From a virus: DNA of 48,506 nucleotides. Both the position numbers and the translations under genes were made by a program. The notes beneath the pieces are model-generated. The model was not told the DNA's origin. It saw only the letters and a list, made by a program, of their open reading frames with translations, and did no database searches. Of this stretch, positions 1 through 12,627 are shown in pieces. The number at the start of each line of letters is the position of its first letter. Position 1 is the first letter of the stretch. The stretch is taken from UHGV virus genome UHGV-0991693. One strand, given 5' to 3'.

Positions 1-480
1 AATACCAATTCCACAAATAGAGCAAAAAACTTAAGCCCTGACTGTGAAAAAATTAAAACAGTCAAAGACTGGGAGCAAGCCGATACCTTCTGGCGCATTG
101 GGCACGAAGAGTGCCGACCAAAGGCCCCCGAATACAATTATACATGGACGCAGAAAGACATTGAGACTTTCATAAAGAAATCCTTACCTACGTACTCCAA
201 ACTTGGGGGCTATAAACTGGTTTTTGAAAAAAATTCAAAGAATTGGTGCGCAATAGCTTTGGTTTTCCCCAGTCCTCTTAACGAAATGGATACCCGCAGA
301 ATTTCAAATTCGGGTATCCGTGCGTTGGAAAACTTTTTTGATGCGAATGGAGCCGTAAAAATTGTTACGGCCCGCGCTTATGGAAAAGGACAAAAAGGGG
401 ATATGATCTCAATGAAAATTCCCGGAAAAGAGTCTGTCCATGAATATGTTCCCAATTATCTAAAAGAGTTACAGAAATAA
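1..480 (+). CDS. 3' part of a hypothetical protein continuing from before position 1 (low-GC moron); probably the C-terminus of the ORF that starts at 47994
   Basis: Frame 1 is open from nt 1 to the TAA at 478-480, which is unusual for ~40% GC DNA. It is in phase with the 259..480 track ORF. If the window is circular it is in phase with the 47994..48506 ORF. Confidence 0.45.
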   Translation, partial: NTNSTNRAKNLSPDCEKIKTVKDWEQADTFWRIGHEECRPKAPEYNYTWTQKDIETFIKKSLPTYSKLGGYKLVFEKNSKNWCAIALVFPSPLNEMDTRRISNSGIRALENFFDANGAVKIVTARAYGKGQKGDMISMKIPGKESVHEYVPNYLKELQK

Positions 481-512
481 CCTCAATACATGATTTTTTA
501 AGGGGGAGTGCA

Positions 513-1583
513 ATGGATTTTTCGGAAAGAATTGCTGAGTTGTCGAAAAAGGTAAAGAATCTGGGAGATAGCCTCAAGACCGAAGAGGCCACGAAAAACG
601 CCTTGGTGATGCCTTTCATCGCGGCCCTGGGATACGACGTTTTCAACCCTGCGGAAGTCGTACCCGAATTTTCAGCCCCCATCGGCGAGTATAAAGACGC
701 CCGCGTGGACTATGCGATTCTTGTTGACGGCAAGCCTATCCTTCTTCTGGAATGCAAGGCTTTGGGCACGTCTCTTGACATGAAGCACTGCAACCAGCTC
801 CAGCTTTACTTCCACGGGACGGAAGCCCCCATTGCCATTCTGACGGACGGCAACCGTTACCGGTTCTATTCCGACCTTGAAGCAGCAAACAAAATGGACA
901 GCAAACCCTATATGGAGTTCGTCCTTGACGATATGGATGAAATGCTGCTTCCGGAACTGCGCAAGCTGGCAAAAGGCAAATTTAATCGAGACGCCTGCAT
1001 GAGCGCGGCAAACGAACTTAAGTACAACCGTGAGTTCAAGCGCATCATGGGGGAACAGATGGAAACGCCCCACGAAGATTTCGCACGCTTTTTCATCGGA
1101 CAGACGTATGATGGGCGTATCACGCAAAACGTTCTGGATCGCTTCACTCCAATCCTTACCGCTGCGCTTGACCAGTTCATCAACGACCGCATCAACGACC
1201 GATTGAAAAATGCCATGACGCAGCAGAAACCGGAAATTGTAGAGATAGAATCCGAAGATGCCCCACAAGGAAAAGAGCAGGATTCGCGTATAGTCACCAC
1301 CGAGGAAGAAAAAGAGGCGTATTACCTTGTCAAATCGCTTCTGGTGGGCACCGTTGATCCGGGGCGCGTAGCCATGCGGGACAGTATCAGCTACTGCTCT
1401 ATCCTTCTTGACGACAACAGGCTCAAGCCTCTGTGCCGCCTGTATTTCAACGGAAAACAGTGGAGGGTCGGACTGTTTGATGGGGAGAATAAGGACGCAA
1501 AGGAAGACATCGAAAAACTGGAAGATATTATCCCCTTTGCGGATCGAATCCGGGCTACGGCCTTGAAATACGATAACAAGTAA
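513..1583 (+). CDS. HsdR-N-like PD-(D/E)xK nuclease-domain protein (type I restriction enzyme R-subunit N-terminal domain family) with an unknown C-terminal domain
   Basis: N-terminal sequence EEATKNALVMPFIAALGYD...RVDYAILVDGKPILLLECKALG has the D...E-x-K catalytic arrangement typical of HsdR_N-type nucleases. RBS GGGGGAG sits 7 nt upstream. GC is intermediate (~52%). Confidence 0.6.
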   Translation: MDFSERIAELSKKVKNLGDSLKTEEATKNALVMPFIAALGYDVFNPAEVVPEFSAPIGEYKDARVDYAILVDGKPILLLECKALGTSLDMKHCNQLQLYFHGTEAPIAILTDGNRYRFYSDLEAANKMDSKPYMEFVLDDMDEMLLPELRKLAKGKFNRDACMSAANELKYNREFKRIMGEQMETPHEDFARFFIGQTYDGRITQNVLDRFTPILTAALDQFINDRINDRLKNAMTQQKPEIVEIESEDAPQGKEQDSRIVTTEEEKEAYYLVKSLLVGTVDPGRVAMRDSISYCSILLDDNRLKPLCRLYFNGKQWRVGLFDGENKDAKEDIEKLEDIIPFADRIRATALKYDNK

Positions 1584-1594
1584 AACTTTCCAAC

Positions 1595-1657
1595 GTGGCG
1601 TTGCCCGCCAATGATGAAGAACATCCAGATGCGGGCAACGCCACTGCTTTTCTCTTT
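1595..1657 (+). terminator. Rho-independent terminator after the nuclease-domain gene
   Basis: 14-bp inverted repeat GTGGCGTTGCCCGC...GCGGGCAACGCCAC followed by TGCTTTTCTCTTT. Confidence 0.5.
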
Positions 1658-1934
1658 ACATTTTCCGAGTTTTGTGCTGTCTTTTGTGCACGGGCTTCAG
1701 AACCCCGTAGGCGGACAAACGCCACCCGATAGCATGGCGCTTTTTTATGCCCTTTTTCCAAAGTCAAGAGTTTTTCTTGGCTGTCTTTTGGGCTATTATT
1801 GCATCCAATGTTTGCCGGGTGTGGCGGATATGTCCAAGCGAAAGCTAAAGGCCGCCAGCGGTTCCTACGCCGTTCTGAACACCCGGCGCTTTCTATTTCA
1901 GAGAGTGCAATTCAGACAACGTAGGAGTTGCATT

Positions 1935-2852
1935 ATGGAAATGGCCCTAATCTTCAACGAATTTATCTTCACGCCTGTCACTCACCAAAACAGTCTCTGG
2001 ATTCGTTCTTCTGAATTGGCTAAAGCACTTGGCTATTCCGACGACCGCAAGGTTGGTGTGCTCTATGCCCGACATAAGGATGAATTCTCCAATAATATGA
2101 GCGTGGTTCTCAATTTGAGTACCACGGATGTACCCGCTATGAATCGCATCTTTTCCCTTCGGGGCTGCCATTTGGTTGCGATGCTAGCGCGTACTCCTAT
2201 TGCCAAGGCGTTCCGCCGTTGGGTGCTGGATGTGATTGAACAGTACGGCGACAGGGTGCCCGTTGCCGAACCCGTGACGCTCAACGATGAGCTGATCAGC
2301 GCGTCGGAACGTGCCGAGCTCAAGCTCATCGTAGACGCCAAGCTCTCGACCTACCCGGCGGCGGTGCAGGGCAAGGCCCGCGCCGAGATATGGGCGAAGT
2401 TCAACCGTCACTTTAGGATTGCCGAATACAAGCAGCTTCCCACTCGGCTTATGCCCGAGGCCCGCGAGTTCCTGCTTTCCGTCCGCGTCCGCGCCATCAA
2501 CGCCATACCCACGGCGGAATCCGCGATCCCGTACCCTGCGCTTCCCGCCTCCAGCGTCTACGCCGCCCGCATCGCGGCCCTCGACCGCCTCGAAGAGGAA
2601 TGGATCGAATTCGCGGGGGAAACCCGCTCCCGGCTCCACCGATTCGTCAACGAGCTCTTGCGCGTCAAGGAGAGCACTTATCCCGAACTGCTGAACCGGG
2701 TATGTTCCCAGCAGAACATCTCGAAGGATCCGCTTCTCGGCATCCTACAGTCCAACTCGTACAACGCCCAGACATGGATTGACGCGGGAATCTCGGAAAT
2801 GAGAGCGGCAATCCGTGCCGCGAAGACCGCGAACAGGTTGATGCTAGGATAG
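1935..2852 (+). CDS. Bro-N domain phage antirepressor (KilA-N/Bro family) with a C-terminal antirepressor-like region
   Basis: N-terminus MEMALIFNEFIFTPVTHQNSLWIRSSELAKALGYSDDRKV...GCHLVAMLARTPIAKAFRRWVLDVI matches the Bro-N fold signature. Start chosen at the internal ATG (1935) of track ORF 1611..2852. Confidence 0.7.
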   Translation: MEMALIFNEFIFTPVTHQNSLWIRSSELAKALGYSDDRKVGVLYARHKDEFSNNMSVVLNLSTTDVPAMNRIFSLRGCHLVAMLARTPIAKAFRRWVLDVIEQYGDRVPVAEPVTLNDELISASERAELKLIVDAKLSTYPAAVQGKARAEIWAKFNRHFRIAEYKQLPTRLMPEAREFLLSVRVRAINAIPTAESAIPYPALPASSVYAARIAALDRLEEEWIEFAGETRSRLHRFVNELLRVKESTYPELLNRVCSQQNISKDPLLGILQSNSYNAQTWIDAGISEMRAAIRAAKTANRLMLG

Positions 2853-3002
2853 CCCTTGACCCCGAGCACGGGAATGGCTATTGAAAAAAGGAAGGGCGGC
2901 AAGTGGTGACACACCTGCCGCCCCGTGGGACACCCTCCCGAGATTGATCATCTCAAGTTTGCGCCCCGGTTGGAGTTCGCACCTCCTACCGGGGCAACTG
3001 CG

Positions 3003-3089
3003 TTATTGGTTCAGCATGAACCGAATCACCACAGCCACAATGACGCCGCCAATCACTTGGACAGCGACGTCCCGGAGGAAGTGTCGCAT
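3003..3089 (-). CDS. Small hydrophobic peptide of 28 aa (MRHFLRDVAVQVIGGVIVAVVIRFMLNQ), a type I toxin-like or small membrane protein
   Basis: Hand-translated; not in the ORF track because it is under 60 aa. RBS GGAGGG is 6 nt upstream of the ATG. A candidate sigma70 promoter TTGACA-17-TAGAAA lies upstream on the minus strand. The peptide has one predicted TM helix with a charged N-terminus. Confidence 0.4.
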   Translation of the reverse strand: MRHFLRDVAVQVIGGVIVAVVIRFMLNQ

Positions 3090-3240
3090 GGAGTACCCTC
3101 CTTTCAGGAGAGTGCCCCACAGCGGTTTTCTATCCTTTCCCTATTCCCTTGTCAAAGAACGACTATCAGAACACCGAGGCGCATTTCTGCTTACTTTTTG
3201 CATGTAGAGGACAGAAGTTATCATTACTGAGCAGAGCCCA

Positions 3241-3286
3241 AAGATGTAAAGAAAGCCCCAACCGTTAAACAGGCGGTTGGGGCTTT
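3241..3286 (-). terminator. Terminator of the head late operon (strong hairpin, partly bidirectional)
   Basis: Perfect 13-bp stem AAAGCCCCAACCG/CGGTTGGGGCTTT immediately downstream of the capsid gene stop. A T-rich tract follows on the minus strand. Confidence 0.55.
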
Positions 3287-3308
3287 CGCATGGGGGGGGA
3301 GGATGGGG

Positions 3309-4322
3309 CTAAGCTCCAGTCATTTGGGCAAAGGCAAAGGGCATGAGCACGATGCCGCCGTAGGTGGTGCCGACGAACTTCTGGCGGAAGCTGGAGAGGT
3401 CGGGCACGACACGGCCGGCACGCATCTTTTCGCCGAAGGCCAGCGTTCCGGAGCGCTGCCCGTTCACTTCGGGGGCGATGAGGAACATGGTTTCCCCGGC
3501 GGTCATGCTGTGCAGCTCGGGGACGGTCACGATGTCAATGCGGGTGAAGTACCGCTTCAACATATCCAGCACGGACACGTTGAAATCGGTAGCCGCGCCG
3601 AGGCGAACGGCCAGTTCGGGGGAGAGGCAGAGCTTGAGGGGCGTGTCCTTGTCAATGAGGCCGCTGGACTGCTCGGAAAGCTGCGCGAACAGGGCGAGGA
3701 CGTCATTGTAGATCTGCACCGTGGTCTTGTCGGCCCATTTCGTGGAGCCGCCCGTGCCCGTGGCCCCTGCGGTGATCGCAGCAGGGAGGTTCGGATCGTT
3801 AAGGATGCCGTAGATTTCCTTCCCGGCGACGCCGAGCAGGTAGAAACGGTTCTGGTCGATGTCGATGACGTTGGCGGCCGCACGCTGCTTGGAGACAGCG
3901 AGGTTGACTTTCGCCGTGCTCGACATGTCCACTTCAAAGTCTCCGTAGGTGATGGACGTCTGGAAGACGTACTGCACGCGGGTTTGCCATTCGGAGTTCA
4001 CGCCCGAAGTCGTGCCGTTGGCATAGTCGGAATACGGCTCGGTCTTTCCGGTCATTTCGTCCACGCGCCACTTCATGTACGGGGTCGTCCAATCGCCCTT
4101 CTTCTCTTCACCGAAGATTTCACGGGCGCGCCGGGGCGCGGTCAGGATTTCGATGACCATCGGGTCGATATACGCCAGAAGCTCGGCGGGGACGGTCGTG
4201 TTCGGAGTAGTGATGAGCGCGGCGTCCTGCGCGATGCGAGCGCGGTTCTCCGGGGTTGCCCACATGCGGGCGCCCGGGAAGATAAAGCCGTAGCGCTTGG
4301 CCTGTTCAAAAGTCGGATTCAT
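3309..4322 (-). CDS. Major head (capsid) protein, Mu gpT-like
   Basis: 337 aa. Position follows the protease/scaffold gene. Sequence character fits the Mu-like major head subunit family. It is the last gene of the head operon, directly before the terminator. Confidence 0.65.
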   Translation of the reverse strand: MNPTFEQAKRYGFIFPGARMWATPENRARIAQDAALITTPNTTVPAELLAYIDPMVIEILTAPRRAREIFGEEKKGDWTTPYMKWRVDEMTGKTEPYSDYANGTTSGVNSEWQTRVQYVFQTSITYGDFEVDMSSTAKVNLAVSKQRAAANVIDIDQNRFYLLGVAGKEIYGILNDPNLPAAITAGATGTGGSTKWADKTTVQIYNDVLALFAQLSEQSSGLIDKDTPLKLCLSPELAVRLGAATDFNVSVLDMLKRYFTRIDIVTVPELHSMTAGETMFLIAPEVNGQRSGTLAFGEKMRAGRVVPDLSSFRQKFVGTTYGGIVLMPFAFAQMTGA

Positions 4323-4332
4323 GTAGTACCTC

Positions 4333-4971
4333 CTACGCTCCGGCGGCGGCTGCGCCGAGGTTGGTGCGGGCCTGTTCCGCAGTGGTTGCGCCAGTTCCGC
4401 CGTTGGCCACGCCGAGCGCTCCGGTGGCGTTGCTGAAATCTTTCTGCATCAGGTTCGAGGTGTCGCCGCCGGATCCCGACGCTGCGGCCTGTCCCCAATT
4501 GCTGATGATGATCGGTTCCCCGATTTCGCCGGGCGTCTTGACGACCCACCCCGTATCGAGGTGCGTGGCGTCGGGGGTCCCGGTGCTGATTGAACCGTCA
4601 GCGGTGGAGGCAAGGACGGCCTGCCCCACCGTGGCCTTGGTCGTGGAAACGGCCCAATAGTCGCCCTTCACGGCCACGGTGAGGTTCGAGCCTGCCGGGA
4701 CGGTCAAAGTGCCGTCAGAAAGCAGTTCGTAGTTCACGTAGTTGATGACGCGCTCCACGAAGCCGAGCACGGCTGTGGCGGTGCCAGCAACGTTGGTGGC
4801 CTGCGTGTTGTCGATCACGCCGGAATCCACGACGGGGAAGACGAAGCGCCCCACAGGGAGGGCCACCGCCGCCAGAGGGTTGAGCGGGGTGTAGATGCTC
4901 TGGTCGGGCGTCGCTTTATCGCCAGCAACGCCGGGAGCGACGGAGAGATTGACTTGGGACTGCAAAGGCAT
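4333..4971 (-). CDS. Hypothetical head-associated structural protein (possible decoration or minor capsid protein)
   Basis: Start placed at the internal ATG preceded by GGAGG. It lies between the scaffold and capsid genes. Gly/Ala/Thr-rich with a C-terminal ARTNLG motif. Confidence 0.4.
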   Translation of the reverse strand: MPLQSQVNLSVAPGVAGDKATPDQSIYTPLNPLAAVALPVGRFVFPVVDSGVIDNTQATNVAGTATAVLGFVERVINYVNYELLSDGTLTVPAGSNLTVAVKGDYWAVSTTKATVGQAVLASTADGSISTGTPDATHLDTGWVVKTPGEIGEPIIISNWGQAAASGSGGDTSNLMQKDFSNATGALGVANGGTGATTAEQARTNLGAAAAGA

Positions 4972-4981
4972 GGTGTGCCTC

Positions 4982-7670
<2,689 letters not shown>

Positions 7671-8399
7671 CCCGGAAGCTCACCACAAAGCACTTTGCGC
7701 TTCACGTCAGAGTCGTAGACCCCTTCCGCGATGACGAACTTTTTCCCATCCATGAGCTGGTGGGTATGGCGGCTCGTTTTCTTTCCCGGCACATGTACCC
7801 AGATGCCTTCGGTGATGCCGAGTTCCTTGTCCTGCACCCGCTTAAGGGCCTCGGTCGCCTTGTTGGACTGGTCGCGGGCGATAAATTCTGCCCGGCGCCG
7901 GGTGATCTCGTACCGCTTGTGCAGTTCGTCGGTAAGAAAGGCCACGTCCCGACCCATGCTGGCGGATCGCTGTACAAGCCCCGTCACTTCCGTAAAATAG
8001 TGCTGCGGAATAGACTTGATGAGGTTGACATTTTCCTCGAAGAGAGCCCGCGCCACGTCGCTCATGGCCCTGCTTCCCTCCATCTTCACCGTGAAGCCCG
8101 CATCTTTGAGGGCCTGCATCATGCTGGCTTCCGTGCGCCGCCTCGTACTGCCCACGAACTCCCGTGCAAAACTCTCCGCGCTTTCCCTCCACCGCTTCGT
8201 CCAGTACCGGAACAGGCGCTTGAGACGGTCTTGCAGGTCACTTGCCGGGGATGCATCCTGCGCTATCCGAGTTTCCTGCTGCCGATACTCAGCGCGTATC
8301 CACCACACGACGGAACGCTGCATCTCGTCGAGAAGCGACACCAGCCGCTTCCGGTATTTCGCCCGGATGCCCGCGTTGGGCTTGATGGCGCGGATGACC

Positions 8400-9944
8400 T
8401 TAGCCATAGACGGCCCCTGCCTTGTCCACGTCGTCGATGTCGGGCATCAAGCCCTCTTCCCCGGCTTCCGGCAGGGCATCAGGCATTCCATTGCCCTGCG
8501 GCACTTCCGCCGGGTCGATGTCGGAGAAGCCGCTGTCCGGGTCACTGGCAAGGGATTGCCGGGCTTCTTCCTGAGAGATGATGTCCCGATCCATGTAGAC
8601 GGCGATGGTGTCGGCCTTGGTCTTCTGGAGCGTCGCAAGGGCCTCCCTATCCTCTTCGCCGAGGGGCGCGAAGTCGAAAGTCACGGAAGGGTCGATGGTT
8701 CCGCGCAGGTAGAGCTGGATACAGTCGAGCGCCTTCTTGATGCCGTCGCGCAGGACTTTCTCCTGCTGGCTCCTGACATGGTCGTAATAGTTGCGGATGT
8801 CCGATTCGCCCGTGGCATTGAACCCTGACGGGCTGATGCCGAGCAGCTTGACCGCCGGGGTTCGGTTCAGGGCGGCGAGGATTTCAAGGGACTGGCGCAC
8901 GATGTCGGTCACGCCTGAAAGCGGGGTTTCCAGCTTGACCACGTCTTCCGATTCTTTGTCGACGGCAAGCACGCCGTCATTGGTCATGGTCTGAATCATG
9001 TACCGGATGCGGGTATCGATCTGAGCGGTGCCCCCGGCTGAGTACAGGATGTCTTCCATCTTCGTCTTGAAGACGGTCAGCGAAAACTTGGTCAGTAGCC
9101 GGGCTTCGGCGGCGCGGCATTCCTGAAAATGCAGGACGTAATCCCAGAGGATCTGCGCCTGCGGGATGCCCAAAAAATTGTAGGCGGGCCGCAGCAGCAC
9201 CGGGCATTCGTTCGCAACCAATCGGATGAGGCGCGATGCGTGTACCCGCTGTCCGAGCACCCACCACCAGCGCGGGCGGAAGTAGTCCGGCTCAAGCGGC
9301 GAAAGGCTGTTGTAGTCTCCGGGGAAGACGTTCACGGGGTCGATGACGACGAAGCGCAGCACGCCGCCGGGCCTGAGTTCGGCGGAATACGGGCTGACGT
9401 TCAGCGGGCGTTCCAGCTCTTCCCCGACTGCTCCGGTGTCGATGAAAAGGAAGGCCCCGCCCTCGTACCCCACAAGCTCGGTCGCCTCATGGAAAAGGCG
9501 TTGCAGTGCGAACCTCTTACACGCCTGCGCAAGGTCGGTGAGCAATGACTCGTCGCCGCCCTCCCCTTCGCGCTTGAACTCAATCCATGCTCGTGTCATG
9601 TCGTCGGATACCGTCTCGACGCAGGCACGAATCAATCCGTTCTGGGCAAGATTCTGGAGGACGCCGTAGCCCATGAATTGCGGCGCAATCCCGACCCCAA
9701 GCTCAAGCGAGTGCTGGAGCAGGGAATAGACGCCGGAATCCGCAAGCCGCGCATCCATCGCAAGCTGCACCTCTTCGGGCGCGCCGAGCGTCTTCGCAGG
9801 ACCGTACAACCGGCTGATGTCGTCGGGCGTAGGTGGCAAAGACTGAGCAAGGCCGCCGCGCACGTCCGGGGAGAGATTCAGACGGCGCGACGGTTGCACT
9901 TGAGGTATGGAGGTGGCGTGTCGATAAGTGCGCTTCTTGCTCAT
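8400..9944 (-). CDS. Portal protein
   Basis: 514 aa. It is immediately downstream of the terminase large subunit, with an acidic C-terminus typical of portals. Confidence 0.7.
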   Translation of the reverse strand: MSKKRTYRHATSIPQVQPSRRLNLSPDVRGGLAQSLPPTPDDISRLYGPAKTLGAPEEVQLAMDARLADSGVYSLLQHSLELGVGIAPQFMGYGVLQNLAQNGLIRACVETVSDDMTRAWIEFKREGEGGDESLLTDLAQACKRFALQRLFHEATELVGYEGGAFLFIDTGAVGEELERPLNVSPYSAELRPGGVLRFVVIDPVNVFPGDYNSLSPLEPDYFRPRWWWVLGQRVHASRLIRLVANECPVLLRPAYNFLGIPQAQILWDYVLHFQECRAAEARLLTKFSLTVFKTKMEDILYSAGGTAQIDTRIRYMIQTMTNDGVLAVDKESEDVVKLETPLSGVTDIVRQSLEILAALNRTPAVKLLGISPSGFNATGESDIRNYYDHVRSQQEKVLRDGIKKALDCIQLYLRGTIDPSVTFDFAPLGEEDREALATLQKTKADTIAVYMDRDIISQEEARQSLASDPDSGFSDIDPAEVPQGNGMPDALPEAGEEGLMPDIDDVDKAGAVYG

Positions 9945-9977
9945 GTGCCCATAATGCTACGAGCCAAAAAGAAAACA

Positions 9978-9994
9978 CACCGTGAACAAGGTTC
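9978..9994 (-). promoter_or_regulatory. Copy A of the 17-bp late-operon motif CACCGTGAACAAGGTTC, upstream of the portal gene
   Basis: Exact 17-mer shared with copies at 13946, 46997 (1 mismatch) and 47872. It reads GAACCTTGTTCACGGTG on the coding (minus) strand, containing the GAAC-3-GTTC dyad. Confidence 0.5.
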
Positions 9995-10001
9995 GCATAG
10001 G

Positions 10002-10033
10002 GCAAAAGAAAAGCCCCCGTTTCCGGCGGGGGC
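10002..10033 (-). terminator. Terminator after terL (hairpin GCCCCCG/CGGGGGC plus T-run on the minus strand)
   Basis: On the minus strand this reads GCCCCCGCCGGAAACGGGGGCTTTTCTTTTGCC. It directly precedes motif copy A. Confidence 0.5.
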
Positions 10034-10151
10034 TCTGTTTGCTAGTTCGCTTCTGCGATTGTTCTGTTTGCCGCCCGTGCCGAGACGATAGCCAGCCTCA
10101 TGCGCGACAGTCCGGCGTCAATCCAGTTGTAGGCGTCGTACGACTGGACGC

Positions 10152-11633
10152 TCAACGCGCTGGACAGCCTGTCGACATCCCCCGGATGCGCGGCGGCTGA
10201 AGGATGGCGGGGTTGATGCACATGGGCCGCTTGGTATCGAAATCGCGCAGCGCCTGCGTGGTGGCGTCCACTTGGTCGTCGTGGGGCGCACCGGGGAACT
10301 GTGTCAGTTCCGCGACGTACTCCCGCGCCCACGGGCAATGCTCAGGGTGCGGGAGCAGGACGTTCCCAGCCTCGAAGAACGTAGTCACAGCATGGGCGCG
10401 AGCCGTCTTGCTGCCGTCCGGCTCCACGGGGATGATACCGGGCACGGCATGTTTCAGCGCGTCGATAACCGCCGGGCCGTTGGCCTTATCCTCCACCAGC
10501 TTACGGGTTGCGCCGGGCCATTTAGCGGCGAGCGCCCGGAACGCGGCCACCGTATCCGTAAAGCCCATACGCCGTCGTACCTGATCCAGGAGGTAGAGGG
10601 CGGCCCCCTTGCGGCCCCACACCTGCCCCACAACAAAGTCGGTATCGTCGCCGTCCTTGAATGTCATGTCCCACGAGATAAGGAGCTGGTCGAACTGCTC
10701 CGGAAGGTCTTTGGGGAGCCAGAACCGCAGCCACTCGGATTTGAAGATGGCGCCGCCGTCTGGCGTAGGCCGCTGCTGGTACAGGGCTTCCCAGTCGCGT
10801 GTGCCGAGGGCTTTCTTAATGGCAAGAAGCTGCTCCAACGGGTAACGTTCCGGGTGCAAGGCTTCCCCGGCCTTACGATGTGGCTCGTCCGCCATGGCGA
10901 TGGCGGGGAAGTCCACCACACGCCAGTGGTCACCCTCCCCCCGTGCGGCGGCCTCAAGCAGCCGCCCTGAGAGGTCAGCCATGTGCCAGCGAGTGTTGAT
11001 GATGAGCACCCCCCCGCCGGGCGCGAGGCGCGTGTACAGCGTGGACGTGTACCAGTCCCAGACGTTCTGGCGGATGGTCGGGGAATCGGCGGACGCCCGG
11101 TCCTTGAACGGGTCGTCGACAATGACGATATGCCCGCCCATGCCCGTGATGCCGCCGCCCACGCCAGCGGAACGGTAGCATCCAGCGTGCCCCACTACCT
11201 CGAATATATCCGAGTTGCGGAGGTATGAACCGTTCCCCACGGTGCGGATGTTCTTGCTGTATAGCGCCGTGCCGGGAAAGAGTTCCCGGTATTCCGGACT
11301 GTCGATGACGCGCTGAACGTCGCGGTTCATGCGCGAGGACAGGTCGGCGGCGTAGCTCGTTGAAATGACGGATAGATCGGGATAGCGGCCCAAGGCGTAA
11401 GCCGGGAAGCGGCGGGAGGCGAGCTCGCTTTTCCCGTGGCGGGGCGGCATGGTCAGCATGAGGCGCGGGGAACGCCCGGCTACGACATCGGCAAGGAAGG
11501 CGTCTAGCTCGGAACAGATTTCCTCATGCACCCATCCCATGCGGTAGCCGGGCATGGTGTAGCGCACGAAGGCCGCGAGACAGCTCCGGGCCAACGCCTT
11601 CCGGATATCGGAAAGGATGGCTGGGCTATTCAT
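10152..11633 (-). CDS. terL: Terminase large subunit
   Basis: 493 aa. Walker A LTMPPRHGKSE. C-terminal nuclease region with acidic residues. Overlaps the terS stop/start (ATGA). Confidence 0.8.
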   Translation of the reverse strand: MNSPAILSDIRKALARSCLAAFVRYTMPGYRMGWVHEEICSELDAFLADVVAGRSPRLMLTMPPRHGKSELASRRFPAYALGRYPDLSVISTSYAADLSSRMNRDVQRVIDSPEYRELFPGTALYSKNIRTVGNGSYLRNSDIFEVVGHAGCYRSAGVGGGITGMGGHIVIVDDPFKDRASADSPTIRQNVWDWYTSTLYTRLAPGGGVLIINTRWHMADLSGRLLEAAARGEGDHWRVVDFPAIAMADEPHRKAGEALHPERYPLEQLLAIKKALGTRDWEALYQQRPTPDGGAIFKSEWLRFWLPKDLPEQFDQLLISWDMTFKDGDDTDFVVGQVWGRKGAALYLLDQVRRRMGFTDTVAAFRALAAKWPGATRKLVEDKANGPAVIDALKHAVPGIIPVEPDGSKTARAHAVTTFFEAGNVLLPHPEHCPWAREYVAELTQFPGAPHDDQVDATTQALRDFDTKRPMCINPAILQPPRIRGMSTGCPAR

Positions 11634-12165
11634 GATCCGGCGTTTTGAAGGCTTCCTTCGTCAGGCGAAGCAGCTCGTCCGGGGAGAGATGCGAGAGATC
11701 CACCGGACGCTGATACAGCGAACCGTCGGATGAAGTATGATCCAACGCAGCTTTGTCCACGATGCCCCACGCCTTGCGCTCTCCCTCCTGCCGGATCTTG
11801 ATCGTCTCGGCGGTAATCTTGGCGAGCTTGGCCTTGTCGAAGCTGCCTTCGGACAACGCCTCATCCATAATGGACTGATGCCGATCCCACTCCCGCTGGT
11901 GGCGGGTGATGACAGCGGCCTTGGCTTCGGCGGCGCGGTCCAAGGCTTCGGCCTTTTTTTGAGGGTTGCAGCCTGCAACCACGCCCACAACCTTGGCCTC
12001 TGCCATGCGGTTCACGGTGCCGGAAATATCCTGCACCCAGCCTTCGGCCCGGATGCGCTTTTGGATGGCCGTCCGGCTCACACCGTACCGCTTGGACAGA
12101 TCGGACTGGCTCGCCCCTACTTCGTACTCGGCACGGATGGATTCCCAATCAAATCGTGCAGCCAT
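11626..12165 (-). CDS. terS: Terminase small subunit with N-terminal HTH
   Basis: 179 aa. HTH SQSDLSKRYGVSRTAIQKRIRAEGW. Immediately upstream of and overlapping terL. Confidence 0.6.
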   Translation of the reverse strand: MAARFDWESIRAEYEVGASQSDLSKRYGVSRTAIQKRIRAEGWVQDISGTVNRMAEAKVVGVVAGCNPQKKAEALDRAAEAKAAVITRHQREWDRHQSIMDEALSEGSFDKAKLAKITAETIKIRQEGERKAWGIVDKAALDHTSSDGSLYQRPVDLSHLSPDELLRLTKEAFKTPDHE

Positions 12166-12610
12166 CGTCGCACCCCCCGTTTGGCCTGCGTTCTTCCTGT
12201 TCTCTCAAAAAACTTTCATGCCCTCGTTTCTCCTCTTCCTCGGGCCTCGTACTGTGCGCCAAATCATACTCCCAAGGGGCCCTTTTCCGCTTCAATTGCG
12301 GACACCCGTGACCGGTCTGATAGGACACCGGTGGCCGGTCCACTCTTCCAGTACTCTTTCCAGAACCAGCAACCAAAACCGAGGAGCGTCCGGTTGCCAC
12401 GGAGACGAACACTCCGGAGGATACGAGCGCAGCAATGGCCCTGCGCACTGTTCGCGCAGACACGCCACACTCCTGCGCGACGGTTTCCTGCCGCACGCGG
12501 ATTTTTCCGGTCCGCTTGTCCATGTGTAGGGCGAGAACCATACCTACAAGCTTTTCCGTTGGAAGAAGTTCCGCCTGAAGAAGCTGACGCTGGAGCGCGT
12601 AGGTGTCCAT
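12149..12610 (-). CDS. Winged-helix/HTH DNA-binding protein of the late operon
   Basis: HTH segment VAQECGVSARTVRRAIAALV. Overlaps the terS start. Confidence 0.4.
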   Translation of the reverse strand: MDTYALQRQLLQAELLPTEKLVGMVLALHMDKRTGKIRVRQETVAQECGVSARTVRRAIAALVSSGVFVSVATGRSSVLVAGSGKSTGRVDRPPVSYQTGHGCPQLKRKRAPWEYDLAHSTRPEEEEKRGHESFLREQEERRPNGGCDDGCTI

Positions 12611-12627
12611 TCATGCACAGGGCATTC

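Noticed and set aside
259-480. Independent 73-aa gene starting at the ATG at 259
   Set aside because: The frame is open all the way from nt 1 with no stop, so the ATG at 259 is more likely internal to a longer protein that begins before the window start (or at 47994 if circular).
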